Assembly (NCBI GenBank): GCA_039028335.1
Contig: JBCCIF010000004.1
Span: forward strand, 1-63,580
Length of the DNA: 63,580 nt
Reading direction: 5' to 3'
Origin: Bacteroidota bacterium
Lineage (GTDB): Bacteria > Bacteroidota > Bacteroidia > Flavobacteriales_D > JABDKJ01
The notes beneath the pieces are model-generated. The model saw only the letters and a list, made by a program, of their open reading frames with translations. It did not search any database and had not been told where the DNA came from. Positions 41,730-51,884 of the stretch are shown one piece after another. The translations under genes and the position numbers were made by a program. Within the stretch, counting starts at the first letter, position 1, and each line of letters starts with the position of its first letter.

Positions 41730-42332
41730 ATGAAAATACAATCCGCCCAGTTTCTTATGAGTAATACGGACATTGAAAAATGTCCAGAACCCAAATTGCC
41801 TGAATATGCCTTCATCGGACGGAGCAATGTCGGAAAGTCTTCCTTGATCAATATGCTCAGCGAAAGGAAGGCGCTAGCGAAGACTTCCGGAACACCAGGA
41901 AAAACCAGACTAATCAATCATTTTATTATGAATGAAAGCTGGTATTTAGTCGACTTACCTGGTTATGGGTACGCCAAAATTTCTAAAAAAGACCGAGCCA
42001 AATGGCGAATTTTGATCCATACCTATTTAAAAAATCGCAGTAACTTAATGTGTGTGTTTGTCTTGATTGACAGCAGGCACAAAGCTCAAAAAATAGATCT
42101 AGAATTCATGGAATGGTTAGGTAAAAATCAGATTCCGTTTTCAATGATTTTTACAAAAATTGATAAACTCAATAGCGGAGAATTCAATAAGAATAAAAAG
42201 GCTTTTCAAAAGGAAATGCTTAAGAATTGGGAATTTCTCCCTCCCACTTTTGAATCGTCATCTACTTCCGGTCATGGAAGAGATTCTATTCTTAAATATA
42301 TAGCTGAAATAAACGAAATGTTCGAAGTATAA
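41730..42332 (+). CDS. engB: Ribosome-biogenesis GTPase YihA/EngB
   Basis: G1 motif [10 protein letters not shown]3 motif DLPGYGYA and G4 motif TKIDK. Confidence 0.92.
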   Translation: MKIQSAQFLMSNTDIEKCPEPKLPEYAFIGRSNVGKSSLINMLSERKALAKTSGTPGKTRLINHFIMNESWYLVDLPGYGYAKISKKDRAKWRILIHTYLKNRSNLMCVFVLIDSRHKAQKIDLEFMEWLGKNQIPFSMIFTKIDKLNSGEFNKNKKAFQKEMLKNWEFLPPTFESSSTSGHGRDSILKYIAEINEMFEV

Positions 42333-42528
42333 AATGAGAAAACCCGGTAATTTCTTACCGGGGAAACCAAATACGGGAACTAGATTGGTTTTGTTTTGTC
42401 TTTAGCTATTTCAGCAAAGAACTAACAATGTCTTGATGTAAAAGTAGGACAAAAAGCCTTTCGCACAAGGGGTGTTTTATGAAGGCGCTCCTTTATTTTA
42501 CGAAGCTCAGCCTTGGTTTTATAAAGCA

Positions 42529-43230
42529 TCATAGAATTTTCAATAAATCGAACAAATTCGACCTATAGGTCTCTCCAATTGGAATAGAAACACCATTAAT
42601 AACGAGTGAAGATTTTCCTTTTATTTCTTCAATCTTATTTACATTGACAATGTATGATCGGTGCACACGAACGATGTTATCTTCCTTTATTTTTCTATCT
42701 AAGGAACCTAAATTTTGAGAAACCATTCTTTCCTCATTTTTCAAAATAAACTTCGAATAGGCTCCCATTCCCTCTATATAAAGCAATTCCTTCATATCTA
42801 AACTGAGCAACTTCTCTCCATCCTTTATTAAAGTCAATTCAGCGGATTTTTGCTTTTTTGATATAGCCAGATCGTCCAATTTCTGGTTTGCCAACTTAAG
42901 TGCAATTTTAAGATCCTTTTTTTTGTAAGGTTTACTTAAATAAGAAACTGGATGGGTTGTAGAAGCCCGGTCAATTTTATCCATTTCATCAATATCACTA
43001 ATAAATATATATGCAATTTCATCTTTTCTGCTATACCTATTTATGAAATCAATACCGTCTAATTTCCCATTTAAATTAATGTCTAAAAGAGCCAAATCAA
43101 ATTGATCCTCAAAAGCCAATAGATCTTCGGCACTATCAAACTGCCCGATCACTTCATGGCCATTGGTTTCAATAATAATTTTGAGTTTTTCGGAAATTAT
43201 AAGTTCGTCCTCAAGAATAACAACCTTCAT
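42529..43230 (-). CDS. LytTR-family response regulator (no adjacent kinase)
   Basis: Receiver domain (VVILEDE...DLALLDINL) plus a LytTR DNA-binding domain (IVRVHRSYIVNVNKI). Confidence 0.88.
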   Translation of the reverse strand: MKVVILEDELIISEKLKIIIETNGHEVIGQFDSAEDLLAFEDQFDLALLDINLNGKLDGIDFINRYSRKDEIAYIFISDIDEMDKIDRASTTHPVSYLSKPYKKKDLKIALKLANQKLDDLAISKKQKSAELTLIKDGEKLLSLDMKELLYIEGMGAYSKFILKNEERMVSQNLGSLDRKIKEDNIVRVHRSYIVNVNKIEEIKGKSSLVINGVSIPIGETYRSNLFDLLKIL

Positions 43231-43274
43231 TTGAACAATTTAAACTGATCTTAGATCAATTGCCTCTAAGATAC

Positions 43275-43589
43275 TTAAATATTCAATTGACCTTTGAGAT
43301 CTTCGCAAAACATTCTTACTCCATCGGCAATCCTCTTGTCATCTGTTGCCTTTTCAAAAGAATCAGTAAGCGTAAGAATGGTTTGATGAAAAAATTGCTT
43401 CATTTCTTCCTTGGTCATTTCTTTGTTCCACAGATCAATTCTTAAGGTGTTCTGATCTTTGGAGTCCCAGATTGATAGCATGATTGCTCGCGCTTCTCCT
43501 TCCCCGTCTGCGCCAGCCTTCCAATTAATGGATTCAGGCACTTGGTTTTCATCCATCTCAATATCAAATTCTATTCTTGACTTATTCAT
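43275..43589 (-). CDS. gldC: Gliding motility protein GldC
   Basis: 104 aa with strong resemblance to characterised GldC (ARAIMLSIWDSKDQNTLRIDLW.K.M...EM..FFHQT). It lies directly downstream of gldB, as in Flavobacterium. Confidence 0.87.
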   Translation of the reverse strand: MNKSRIEFDIEMDENQVPESINWKAGADGEGEARAIMLSIWDSKDQNTLRIDLWNKEMTKEEMKQFFHQTILTLTDSFEKATDDKRIADGVRMFCEDLKGQLNI

Positions 43590-44644
43590 TATTTATTCGG
43601 TTTATAGGTGTTCAGGACTTTTTCATCCTTTTCATTAAATAATTGCTCAAGGGAATACTCTGGATTTCTATTCATGAAATCCAAAACGATCTTTTTTCCG
43701 ATAAACAGGCTAATCATACCAGGAGACTCCTCTGGAAAACCTTGAGTAAAAGGGCCAAAACCTGTGAACCGCTGAATTTGTTTATAATCGCTTGACCATA
43801 CTAAATCCTCGTCAATTATCGCTTTCCAAATGTTGAATTCGTTCTTTTCGCACCAAAGAAGTTCATTCTCTGTATACCCCATTTGAAAATGTTCTTTTTC
43901 AAATGGCATCAAAGCATTAAGTATATACATTACTTTTCCCTGATAAATGAAATGATTAATAAGCTTATCGCCTTGAATTTTGTTTTGATTTGTACTTAAG
44001 AGATAGCCCCTCATGGCATCTCCAAGAAGAAAATCTTGATCCATTTTTTCCTTCTGATAATTTGGAAATTGCTCATGAGGTAAATCGTTTGTAATCCGAT
44101 GATTCTCTCCTAAGTAAAACTCAAGTCCAATTGCCAAGTTCTCTTTCATCGGATATACCGCATAATTGAATCCGGAATTCATCGTGATGATATTTGGCAA
44201 TTTCCTTTGGGGAAAATAGTGATGGTAATATTGTAAAACACTTAAAAAATCTTCTCGAAGTTGTTGATCAAAGAAAAAGACTGAATCAACTTCATTTTGA
44301 CTATCTGCAAATATTATTTGATTTGAAATATGCTGAAAATCAAATGCAGCGGTAGTATCATCAACCGGACCGATACGAAGAATTTTTTCGAAATATTCTT
44401 TGTAAAATTCGGGATAAGTAGCAAACAAATGCGTCTGTCTATCTAGAGGGTCATCGATTTCGGAACGAAAAACTTCTTGATCTAAGCGCACAAAAGCGAA
44501 ATCGAGTTCTTTTTCTTCAATCTCGACATCAAAGGGATTCCTTTGGCATGAAAATAGCACAAAGGACAAGCACACAACAATTAAATTACGATTCACGATG
44601 AAAAAATTATTTACTTTTGAGCGTAACGAAAATTCTGGCATCAA
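43589..44644 (-). CDS. gldB: Gliding motility lipoprotein GldB
   Basis: Lipobox (VLFSC) and GldB-like conserved C-terminal region (...WC.KNE...W......ESPG.......G..IV..FM..NP..SLEQL). Synteny with gldC supports the call. Confidence 0.85.
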   Translation of the reverse strand: MMPEFSLRSKVNNFFIVNRNLIVVCLSFVLFSCQRNPFDVEIEEKELDFAFVRLDQEVFRSEIDDPLDRQTHLFATYPEFYKEYFEKILRIGPVDDTTAAFDFQHISNQIIFADSQNEVDSVFFFDQQLREDFLSVLQYYHHYFPQRKLPNIITMNSGFNYAVYPMKENLAIGLEFYLGENHRITNDLPHEQFPNYQKEKMDQDFLLGDAMRGYLLSTNQNKIQGDKLINHFIYQGKVMYILNALMPFEKEHFQMGYTENELLWCEKNEFNIWKAIIDEDLVWSSDYKQIQRFTGFGPFTQGFPEESPGMISLFIGKKIVLDFMNRNPEYSLEQLFNEKDEKVLNTYKPNK

Positions 44645-44648
44645 AATT

Positions 44649-45392
44649 ATGAAAAAGTATCTCGGTCTGTTTTTATTTATTTTTCTAATTGTGGAATTTA
44701 CTGCCCAAGACGACCAAAGAGTTCGGTTCGGTTTTACGGCAAGCCCAATTTTTTCTTGGTTACAACCAGATGGTCAGTATTTGGAGCACGAAGCTACACG
44801 TCTAGGATTGCAATATGGAATAATTGCGGATTTTACAATAGATCAAAATAATAAATATGCTTTTTCCACTGGTGTATTAGTTGATAATATTGGTGGCTCT
44901 GTAAGGGATCGTCATTTTCATAATGGAGATACATTGGTGCAAGAGTTTGGAGATGTCAAGGCAAAATATAAGCTGCAGTATCTCAATATTCCATTGACGC
45001 TTAAGTTGAGGACAAATGAAATAGGCTATTTGACCTATTTTGGCCAATTTGGACTTGACCTTGGATTTAATTTAAAAGCGCGAAGAAACATTGAAGGAAC
45101 ATTTGGAGGCGCTAATTTCGAGGAAGAAAATATTGATGTTATTGAAGATATATTACCAATAAGAACTGCTCTTAAAGTTGCAGCAGGTGCAGAATACAAT
45201 ATTTCGGGATCTACTTCTTTTATGATCGCTTTGGCATGGAATAATGGTTTCACAAATGCGCTAGACTTTAATGAGCTAGATGAAGATGCTGACGGACGCC
45301 CTATATTTACGGATAATGGAGTACTAAAAGAAGGAGACAAACTTAAAGCGATCAACAACTACTTTTCATTGAATTTGACAATATTCTTCTAA
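44649..45392 (+). CDS. Outer-membrane beta-barrel protein (porin-family / PorT-like fold)
   Basis: Signal peptide (MKKYLGLFLFIFLIVEFTAQ), alternating beta-strand pattern (LQYLNIPLTLKL) and a C-terminal F. The start was moved to the ATG at 44649. Confidence 0.65.
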   Translation: MKKYLGLFLFIFLIVEFTAQDDQRVRFGFTASPIFSWLQPDGQYLEHEATRLGLQYGIIADFTIDQNNKYAFSTGVLVDNIGGSVRDRHFHNGDTLVQEFGDVKAKYKLQYLNIPLTLKLRTNEIGYLTYFGQFGLDLGFNLKARRNIEGTFGGANFEEENIDVIEDILPIRTALKVAAGAEYNISGSTSFMIALAWNNGFTNALDFNELDEDADGRPIFTDNGVLKEGDKLKAINNYFSLNLTIFF

Positions 45393-46168
45393 TGGACAAC
45401 AGCAGGGTAATTGACCACATTGTAAACTGGCTAAAGACATATTGCGATAAAGCTGGATTACAGGGTTTTGTTTTAGGTATTTCAGGTGGAATTGATTCAG
45501 CTCTGACTTCAACACTTTGTGCTAAGACTGGCAAAGATGTTTGGGTTTTAAGCATGCCTATTTATCAAGCAAAAGATCAATTAACACGTGCGCACAATCA
45601 TATTAAATGGCTAAAGAATCATTTCTCGAATGTTCATGAAGCCGAAATAGATCTAAGCCCTGTATTTCAATCAATGGAAACCCATTTCCCAAAAGACATT
45701 CAGGATCAATTGACCATGGCAAATACACGATCTCGTTTAAGGATGCTTACTCTTTATGCTTATGCAGGAAATAAAAAATTACTTGTTGCTGGCACTGGAA
45801 ACAAAGTTGAAGACTTTGGCGTTGGCTTTTTCACCAAATATGGAGATGGGGGTGTCGATCTTTCCCCAATTGCCGACTTAGTCAAAACTGAAGTTTGGTC
45901 CTTGGCAAAGACTTTAGGCGTGCTAGAAGAAATTATTGAGGCCAAACCTACAGACGGATTATGGGGAGACAATCGAAGCGATGAAGATCAAATTGGCGCA
46001 AGTTATCCAGAATTGGAATGGGCCATGGAATTCTCTGGCAGCGAAACTGATCTTACTGAAAGACAAAAAGAAGTGCTGTTGATCTATAGGAAATTTAATC
46101 GAGCAAATCAGCATAAGATGCATCCAATTCCAGTTTGTCTTATTCCAGGTGAACTTAGAAATTCTTAG
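45392..46168 (+). CDS. nadE: NH3-dependent NAD+ synthetase
   Basis: PP-loop SGGIDSA, plus TGNK.E...G..TKYGDGG. Confidence 0.93.
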   Translation: MDNSRVIDHIVNWLKTYCDKAGLQGFVLGISGGIDSALTSTLCAKTGKDVWVLSMPIYQAKDQLTRAHNHIKWLKNHFSNVHEAEIDLSPVFQSMETHFPKDIQDQLTMANTRSRLRMLTLYAYAGNKKLLVAGTGNKVEDFGVGFFTKYGDGGVDLSPIADLVKTEVWSLAKTLGVLEEIIEAKPTDGLWGDNRSDEDQIGASYPELEWAMEFSGSETDLTERQKEVLLIYRKFNRANQHKMHPIPVCLIPGELRNS

Positions 46169-46273
46169 CACTGCATTCGTGAAATATAGATTTTGATGGC
46201 TGAACAAAGCTTGAAGATATAGTATCTTTGAACAAGTTTTTTCATTTATTGTTTTTTACTTATACTTTGATTC

Positions 46274-47512
46274 ATGAGAAATTCGCTTTTACTTATTGCA
46301 GTTCTTGTTTCATCTTTCATTTTTGGACAATGCGAGGATGAACGCTACAAAACTCAAATTTTCGACAACTTTTCAATTAGCACAGATATCATATATGGGC
46401 AAAATTATACTCAAGTTGGAGAATTACAGGAATTACATTTAGACCTATACGAACCTGCTGATGATCTGGAAGAGGAAAGAGCGGTAATTGTATTGGCTCA
46501 TGGTGGATTCTTTATTGAAGGTTCAAAGGACGGACCAGATGTGGTTCAATTTGCGCAAGATTTTGCTAAGATGGGTTATGTGGTGGCATCAATTCAATAT
46601 CGCTTGGGCATGGAAGCCGATCCATTTTTCCCTTCTGAACAAACGGCAACCGAAGCCGTTATCAGGGGCTTTCATGACGGAAAAGCAGCTGTCCGATTTT
46701 TGCGAAAAACTATTGCCGAAGATGGAAACCCTTATCGATTATCAAACGACTTGATCTTCAGCGCTGGGGTTTCGGCAGGAGGATTCATTACTGTTCACAA
46801 CCTTTACTTGAACGAACTAGATGAACTTCCAGCTATTGTTGATACTACAAAATTAGGCCTAGGAGGTGGCGTTGAAGGGCAGTCTGGTAATTTGAATTAC
46901 TCTTCTGAATTTGTTGCAGGTGTCAATATTGCAGGCGCAATCGGTGATACTGCTTGGATTGATGAAGGCGAAGCCCCTTTGATTAGTTTTCACGGAGATG
47001 ATGATGGCACTGTACCATACAACATCGGCACTATTGGACTATTTGGCTTGGAATTGGGAACTGCAATGGGCAGTTTTCCAATACATGAAAAGCTCAATTC
47101 GTTCAATATTGAAAATTGTTTAGAAACGCAAGAAGGGGAAGGTCATGTTCCGCATGTGACAAATAATCTAGAATATGACACCTTGATGGTGATGGCGCGA
47201 AATTTCCTTGCTCGATATATCTGCAATACTGATTTAACATGTACTTACGAGGAAATTTCCGTTGGCATCAATGAGCAAAAAATCAGCTTAAAGGTTTATC
47301 CTAATCCATCTTCAGATTTTATGCGTATTGAGCTACCTAAAAGCCAATGGTTAGCAGAAATCTATGACCTCAATGGTCGGGTGGTATTCAGAAAAGAAAA
47401 TTTTGGAAACAACTCAATGCTTCTAAGAAAAGATGATGTAGGAAAAGGGATGTTCACGATTCGATTAACCAGTGATATAGGCGTAATTAACGAAAAGCTG
47501 ATTTTCAATTAA
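46274..47512 (+). CDS. Secreted alpha/beta-hydrolase (esterase/lipase-like) with T9SS C-terminal sorting domain
   Basis: Signal peptide, HGG oxyanion motif (VLAHGGFF), nucleophile elbow GVSAGG and a C-terminal T9SS tail (LKVYPNPSSDFMRIELP...GMFTIRL). Confidence 0.8.
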   Translation: MRNSLLLIAVLVSSFIFGQCEDERYKTQIFDNFSISTDIIYGQNYTQVGELQELHLDLYEPADDLEEERAVIVLAHGGFFIEGSKDGPDVVQFAQDFAKMGYVVASIQYRLGMEADPFFPSEQTATEAVIRGFHDGKAAVRFLRKTIAEDGNPYRLSNDLIFSAGVSAGGFITVHNLYLNELDELPAIVDTTKLGLGGGVEGQSGNLNYSSEFVAGVNIAGAIGDTAWIDEGEAPLISFHGDDDGTVPYNIGTIGLFGLELGTAMGSFPIHEKLNSFNIENCLETQEGEGHVPHVTNNLEYDTLMVMARNFLARYICNTDLTCTYEEISVGINEQKISLKVYPNPSSDFMRIELPKSQWLAEIYDLNGRVVFRKENFGNNSMLLRKDDVGKGMFTIRLTSDIGVINEKLIFN

Positions 47513-47735
47513 TCGCTTCAACCCTTATTATTTCAGGGACTACTTTTTTTATGCTTTCTTCGACTCCTGCTTTCAGAGTCATTGTGCTCATTTCGCATGT
47601 ACTGCAAGCTCCATGCAATTGGACTTTAACAACGTTATCTTTAGTTACTTCAACAAGAGTAATATCGCCTTGATCAGCCTCTAAAAAGGGCCTAAGATCG
47701 CTCAAAGCTTTTTCTATTTTTTCTTCTGTACTCAT
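47505..47735 (-). CDS. NifU-like Fe-S cluster domain protein
   Basis: C-terminal NifU domain with a CxxC motif (HGACSTCEMS). Confidence 0.85.
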   Translation of the reverse strand: MSTEEKIEKALSDLRPFLEADQGDITLVEVTKDNVVKVQLHGACSTCEMSTMTLKAGVEESIKKVVPEIIRVEAIN

Positions 47736-48847
47736 TCAAATGAAGTCCTTTTTATTTCAACCTTTTCAGTAGGCCTATGCCCTTGGTTTCTTTGGTGCAA
47801 AGATAGTTCAAAATTGTTTAGCATTTCCGAGAATGCCTGGGCTATAAGCGTATTTTCTTGTAAAATTGCTGGACGCCCAATATCGCCACTTTCACGAACA
47901 CTTTGAACCAAAGGAATATCTCCTAAAAAAGGAACGTTTAATTCTTTTGCTAAATCCTTAACTCCGTCCTTGCCAAAGATGTAGTATTTATTTTCTGGAA
48001 GTTCTTCGGGCGTGAACCAAGCCATATTCTGCACCATGCCCAGAACGGGAACATTCACGCTATCCAATTTAAACATTTCTACTCCTTTTCTGGCATCGGC
48101 CATTGCCACTCTTTGCGGAGTACTCACGATTACTGCACCTGTAACCGGAACTATTTGAACTACAGATAAGTGGATATCTCCAGTTCCTGGTGGCATATCA
48201 ATAATCATGTAATCCAATTCACCCCACTCGGTATCCGCGAAGAGCTGTTTTAAGGCTTTGGAGGCCATTGGACCTCTCCAAACAATCGCCTGCGCAGGAT
48301 CAGCGAAGAACCCAATAGACATAATCTTGACACCATAATTCTCTACCGGAATCATTTTTATTTGATCTCCAAATTTCTGAGTAGTGGGCCGCTCTTGAAC
48401 AACATCTAGCATCAAGGGAAGAGAAGGACCATAAATATCAGCATCAATCAATCCCACTTTTAAACCCTTCTTTGCCAAGCCTAGGGCAAGATTTGCCGTT
48501 ATTGTCGACTTTCCAACTCCACCTTTTCCTGAAGCGACAGTAATGATATTCTTAACACCGGGTAGAACCTTGCGATGTGCAATTTTTTCTTCTGGGCTTA
48601 ATTCTGTGAAGATCACTTCAACATCATTTTCTTTGCCCAATGCCCTTTCTAATGCAAAGTCAACAGCACCTCTCATTCTTTCCTTTGTCTGCTCGTTCGC
48701 ATCAATGAGTTTTAGCCGAATGACATTCTTATTATTTTCAAATGAAATAGATTGAAAAATCTTGGCAGTTACGATGTCCTTTTTCGAAACTGGATCTATA
48801 ACGTTTGAGAGAATATTCTTTACCTCTTGCAACTTAATTTCTGGCAT
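47732..48847 (-). CDS. Mrp/ApbC-family Fe-S cluster carrier ATPase
   Basis: Deviant Walker A (ASGKGGVGKST) and an N-terminal DUF59-like domain. The start was moved to the ATG at 48847 (MPEIKLQEV). The track ORF extends to 48922. Confidence 0.9.
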   Translation of the reverse strand: MPEIKLQEVKNILSNVIDPVSKKDIVTAKIFQSISFENNKNVIRLKLIDANEQTKERMRGAVDFALERALGKENDVEVIFTELSPEEKIAHRKVLPGVKNIITVASGKGGVGKSTITANLALGLAKKGLKVGLIDADIYGPSLPLMLDVVQERPTTQKFGDQIKMIPVENYGVKIMSIGFFADPAQAIVWRGPMASKALKQLFADTEWGELDYMIIDMPPGTGDIHLSVVQIVPVTGAVIVSTPQRVAMADARKGVEMFKLDSVNVPVLGMVQNMAWFTPEELPENKYYIFGKDGVKDLAKELNVPFLGDIPLVQSVRESGDIGRPAILQENTLIAQAFSEMLNNFELSLHQRNQGHRPTEKVEIKRTSFE

Positions 48848-49022
48848 CGCCACAAAGGTAAAATTTCTTGATATGGCAGCGTATATCGCATTAAAAAAAG
48901 GCGATTGTGAAGGATTCGACACTAAAGATTATTATCCCCAAAATTTAGCTGAAAACTTTTACGAAACATTTAATTTTTATTTACTTTGGCGATTCCGAGA
49001 AGAACGTTCTTTCAAAATTCTT

Positions 49023-49112
49023 GGAGAGGTGGCCGAGTGGCTGAAGGCGCACGCTTGGAAAGCGTGTATGCGGGAAACCGTATCGCGGGTTCGAATCCCG
49101 CTCTCTCCGCCA
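49023..49112 (+). tRNA. tRNA-Ser (anticodon GGA)
   Basis: Acceptor stem GGAGAGG/TCTCTCC, anticodon loop TTGGAAA, long variable arm, T-loop GGTTCGAATCC and an encoded 3' CCA. Confidence 0.92.
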
Positions 49113-49284
49113 GAATGGATTTCTATTCGGATTGAACTGCTGGATATAACCTGACACTGCTGATTCGCACTTGTTTTCTGCATTTGTGAAGTATTCTTAA
49201 GAGAAAGGCTTTTTTAGGTTCATGATCGGTAGCAATGAATTGTAAATTAAAAGAGTTTTAATATCAACCTTTATTAAATATAAC

Positions 49285-50004
49285 ATGAAAACGTTTTCAA
49301 GAATTATTAGCAGTGTGGTTGCATTTATGATGGTATTACCTGCTATTGCAAATGATGAATCAGTCGCTGCGGATGGTGGTATTCACCAGCAAATTAAGAA
49401 CTACTTTATCGAAGGAAATCCAGGGTTCATGGCTTTCGTGCTAGTTTGTCTTATCTTAGGATTAGCCCTATGTATTGAAAGAATTATTTATTTGAACATG
49501 GCTCAAACCAATACAGATGCTTTATTGTCCAACGTGGAAGGCAAATTAAAATCTGGAGGCGTAGGAGCAGCCAAGGAATATTTGAGAAATACGAAAGGAC
49601 CGGTTGCAAGTATTTTTTATCAGGGATTAGAACGTGCGGATGAAGGTGTAGATCAAGTTGAAAAGTCAGTAGTCAATTACGGTCAAGTTCAGATGGGATT
49701 GCTTGAAAAAGGACTTTCTTGGATTTCACTTTTTATTGCTTTGGCTCCAATGCTTGGTTTCATGGGTACGGTAATCGGTATGATTAATGCTTTTGAAGAT
49801 ATTGAAAATGCTTCTACAATTAATGCTTCAATTGTAGCATCAGGTATGAAGTTAGCCTTGATAACAACGGTTTCAGGTTTGATAGTGGCAATTATTCTTC
49901 AAATCTTCTACAACTATATTTTGTCGAAAGTTGACAGCATTGTTAACGACATGGAAAATGCTTCTATTTCGCTAGTAGATATGATCGTAAAATACAAGGA
50001 TTAA
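49285..50004 (+). CDS. exbB: MotA/TolQ/ExbB proton-channel protein
   Basis: Three TM helices with the typical ExbB C-terminal region (LAPMLGFMGTVIGMINAF...ALITTVSGLIVAI). Confidence 0.9.
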   Translation: MKTFSRIISSVVAFMMVLPAIANDESVAADGGIHQQIKNYFIEGNPGFMAFVLVCLILGLALCIERIIYLNMAQTNTDALLSNVEGKLKSGGVGAAKEYLRNTKGPVASIFYQGLERADEGVDQVEKSVVNYGQVQMGLLEKGLSWISLFIALAPMLGFMGTVIGMINAFEDIENASTINASIVASGMKLALITTVSGLIVAIILQIFYNYILSKVDSIVNDMENASISLVDMIVKYKD

Positions 50005-50023
50005 TTTTTTTAAAAATTCTAAT

Positions 50024-50503
50024 ATGTCAAAAGCATTAAAATTAGGGACTACGGCATTCTCTGCTATTTTAGCAATTTTGGGAATTGTATTCACAGTTTT
50101 AGCAATTCCAGAAGATATTGAAGCTGCAGTGGATAATAAAATTTTGCCCCCTTTCGAGAGCTTAATGGCTAACTTAGCACTTATTGATTCTTATGCATTG
50201 GTGGCATTTTGCGCTCTTTTTGCCATCGGAGCTGGGATCTATGCTCTAATTACTAACTTCAAGAAAAACTCTAAAGTTTTAATTGGAATATTTGGTTTGT
50301 TAGCTCTTGTCGGTATTGGTTGGGTATTGGCAAATGGATCAATACCAGCGGAAGGAACCACAATGGGAGATAAATGGAGAGAACTTGAGGTTACGGAGGG
50401 AATTTCTAGGTTTGCAGGTATGGCTTCTTACCTTTCCTATTTCTTCTTAGGAATTGCGATTTTTTCGATTATTTACTTTGAAGTAAAAAACGTATTCAAA
50501 TAA
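50024..50503 (+). CDS. Hypothetical four-TM membrane protein within the exbB-exbD cluster
   Basis: Four hydrophobic helices and tight spacing (19 nt after exbB, 1 nt before the next gene). The family was not recognised. Confidence 0.55.
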   Translation: MSKALKLGTTAFSAILAILGIVFTVLAIPEDIEAAVDNKILPPFESLMANLALIDSYALVAFCALFAIGAGIYALITNFKKNSKVLIGIFGLLALVGIGWVLANGSIPAEGTTMGDKWRELEVTEGISRFAGMASYLSYFFLGIAIFSIIYFEVKNVFK

Positions 50504-50504
50504 T

Positions 50505-51236
50505 ATGGCAAGAAGAGCATTACCGAGCATACCAACGGGATCAATGGCAGACATTGCGTTTTTGCTTTTGGTATTCTGGTTGATGACGACCACACTGGAG
50601 TCGGATTCTGGAATATTAAGACAATTGCCGCCCATTGAAGAAAACCCGGACGATGTGATCGTAAAAAAGAGAAATGTCTATGAGGTTCTCGTAAACTTTC
50701 GTAACGAATTGCTGGTTGAAGGTGATTTTGCACAAATCACTGATTTGAAAGGTGGTGCCATGGAATTCTTAACGAATACGGGAGTTTTTACTGAAAAACC
50801 TGGAGATGAGGATTTGACTTCACGCACATGGGTGAGAAGAGCAGATGTGCAGGCCACAATAAATGGTATTGAGCAAAAGATTCAAGAAGCCGCTGACGAG
50901 GACAATGAGAAAGCCTATAAAAAACAATTGGCAAGTTGGCAAGCGAAAATGGATGCTATTGAATTTTTTGGGGAATACCGTGAGTTAGTGCCTGCAGCTG
51001 TGATTTCATTGCAGAATGACAAAGGTACTTCATACAATACTTACATCATTGTTCAAAATGAATTAGCAGCAGCTTTGCGACAATTGCGCGATGATCTTTG
51101 CCAAAAACATTGGCAAATGAACTATGGCGATTTTGATCCCGAGAATAACGATGATCATAAACGAAAAGTTTTAGCGGTAAGAAAAGTATTTCCGAATAAA
51201 ATCTCTGAAGCTGAGCCCAAAGACAGTAGAAATTAA
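50505..51236 (+). CDS. ExbD/TolR-family protein, long form (copy 1)
   Basis: N-terminal ExbD TM signature (GSMADIAFLLLVFWLMTT) followed by a ~200 aa periplasmic region, longer than canonical ExbD. Confidence 0.8.
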   Translation: MARRALPSIPTGSMADIAFLLLVFWLMTTTLESDSGILRQLPPIEENPDDVIVKKRNVYEVLVNFRNELLVEGDFAQITDLKGGAMEFLTNTGVFTEKPGDEDLTSRTWVRRADVQATINGIEQKIQEAADEDNEKAYKKQLASWQAKMDAIEFFGEYRELVPAAVISLQNDKGTSYNTYIIVQNELAAALRQLRDDLCQKHWQMNYGDFDPENNDDHKRKVLAVRKVFPNKISEAEPKDSRN

Positions 51237-51249
51237 AATTTAAACGAAT

Positions 51250-51711
51250 ATGTCTAAATTTAGAAAAGGTGGAAAAAAAGAAGTTGGAGAGATCTCAACA
51301 GCTAGTTTACCAGATATCGTATTCATGCTTTTGTTCTTTTTTATGATCGTAACAGTGATAAAAGAAGACGACCCTCTGGTTAAAGTAGAGCAACCTAGGG
51401 CCACTGAAGTAACGAAAATAGAGAAGAAAGAGTTGGTCGATTATATCAATATTGGAGTGCCTCAAGATGCTCGATTTGGAACTGAACCGGTTATTCAATT
51501 AGATGATGCCATAGCAGGACTTGATGATATTCGTCAATGGATTTTAGACAATAAAGATGAACGATTTGAAGCCGAGCAACCCAAAATTGTGACTTCCTTA
51601 AAGGTTGATAAAGACGCAGAAATGGGGATTGTTGGTGACGTCAAATACAAATTAAGAGAGGCCGAAGCTTTGAAAATTCTATATTCAACATTAGATGACT
51701 CAGATGAATAA
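51250..51711 (+). CDS. exbD: Biopolymer transport protein ExbD/TolR (copy 1)
   Basis: Canonical size and TM signature (SLPDIVFMLLFFFMIVT). Confidence 0.88.
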   Translation: MSKFRKGGKKEVGEISTASLPDIVFMLLFFFMIVTVIKEDDPLVKVEQPRATEVTKIEKKELVDYINIGVPQDARFGTEPVIQLDDAIAGLDDIRQWILDNKDERFEAEQPKIVTSLKVDKDAEMGIVGDVKYKLREAEALKILYSTLDDSDE

Positions 51712-51731
51712 ATCCTATTAAGATCATTAGC

Positions 51732-51767
51732 AACCCGTTTTCAATTATTTGAGAACGGGTTTTTTTG
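51732..51767 (+). terminator. Rho-independent terminator between the two exbD pairs
   Basis: An 11-bp stem (51732-51742 pairs with 51751-51761) followed by a T-tract. Confidence 0.75.
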
Positions 51768-51884
51768 TGCGTTTAGTTAAACCTGCTCAAAATCAAAACC
51801 AAAGGCTTATTTGACTTTATTTTCGGCAACAATGACTTGGACAAAATAAAGTTATTGAATTGTTAACCTTTAAATAGCAATTCA

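Noticed and set aside
41495-41917. A 140-aa minus-strand ORF across the hydrolase/engB junction.
   Set aside because: It is antisense to two well-supported genes and has no motifs.
48762-49183. ORFs 48762..49154 (+) and 48977..49183 (-) spanning the tRNA-Ser region.
   Set aside because: Both read straight through a canonical tRNA-Ser gene and its promoter region, so they are not plausible proteins.
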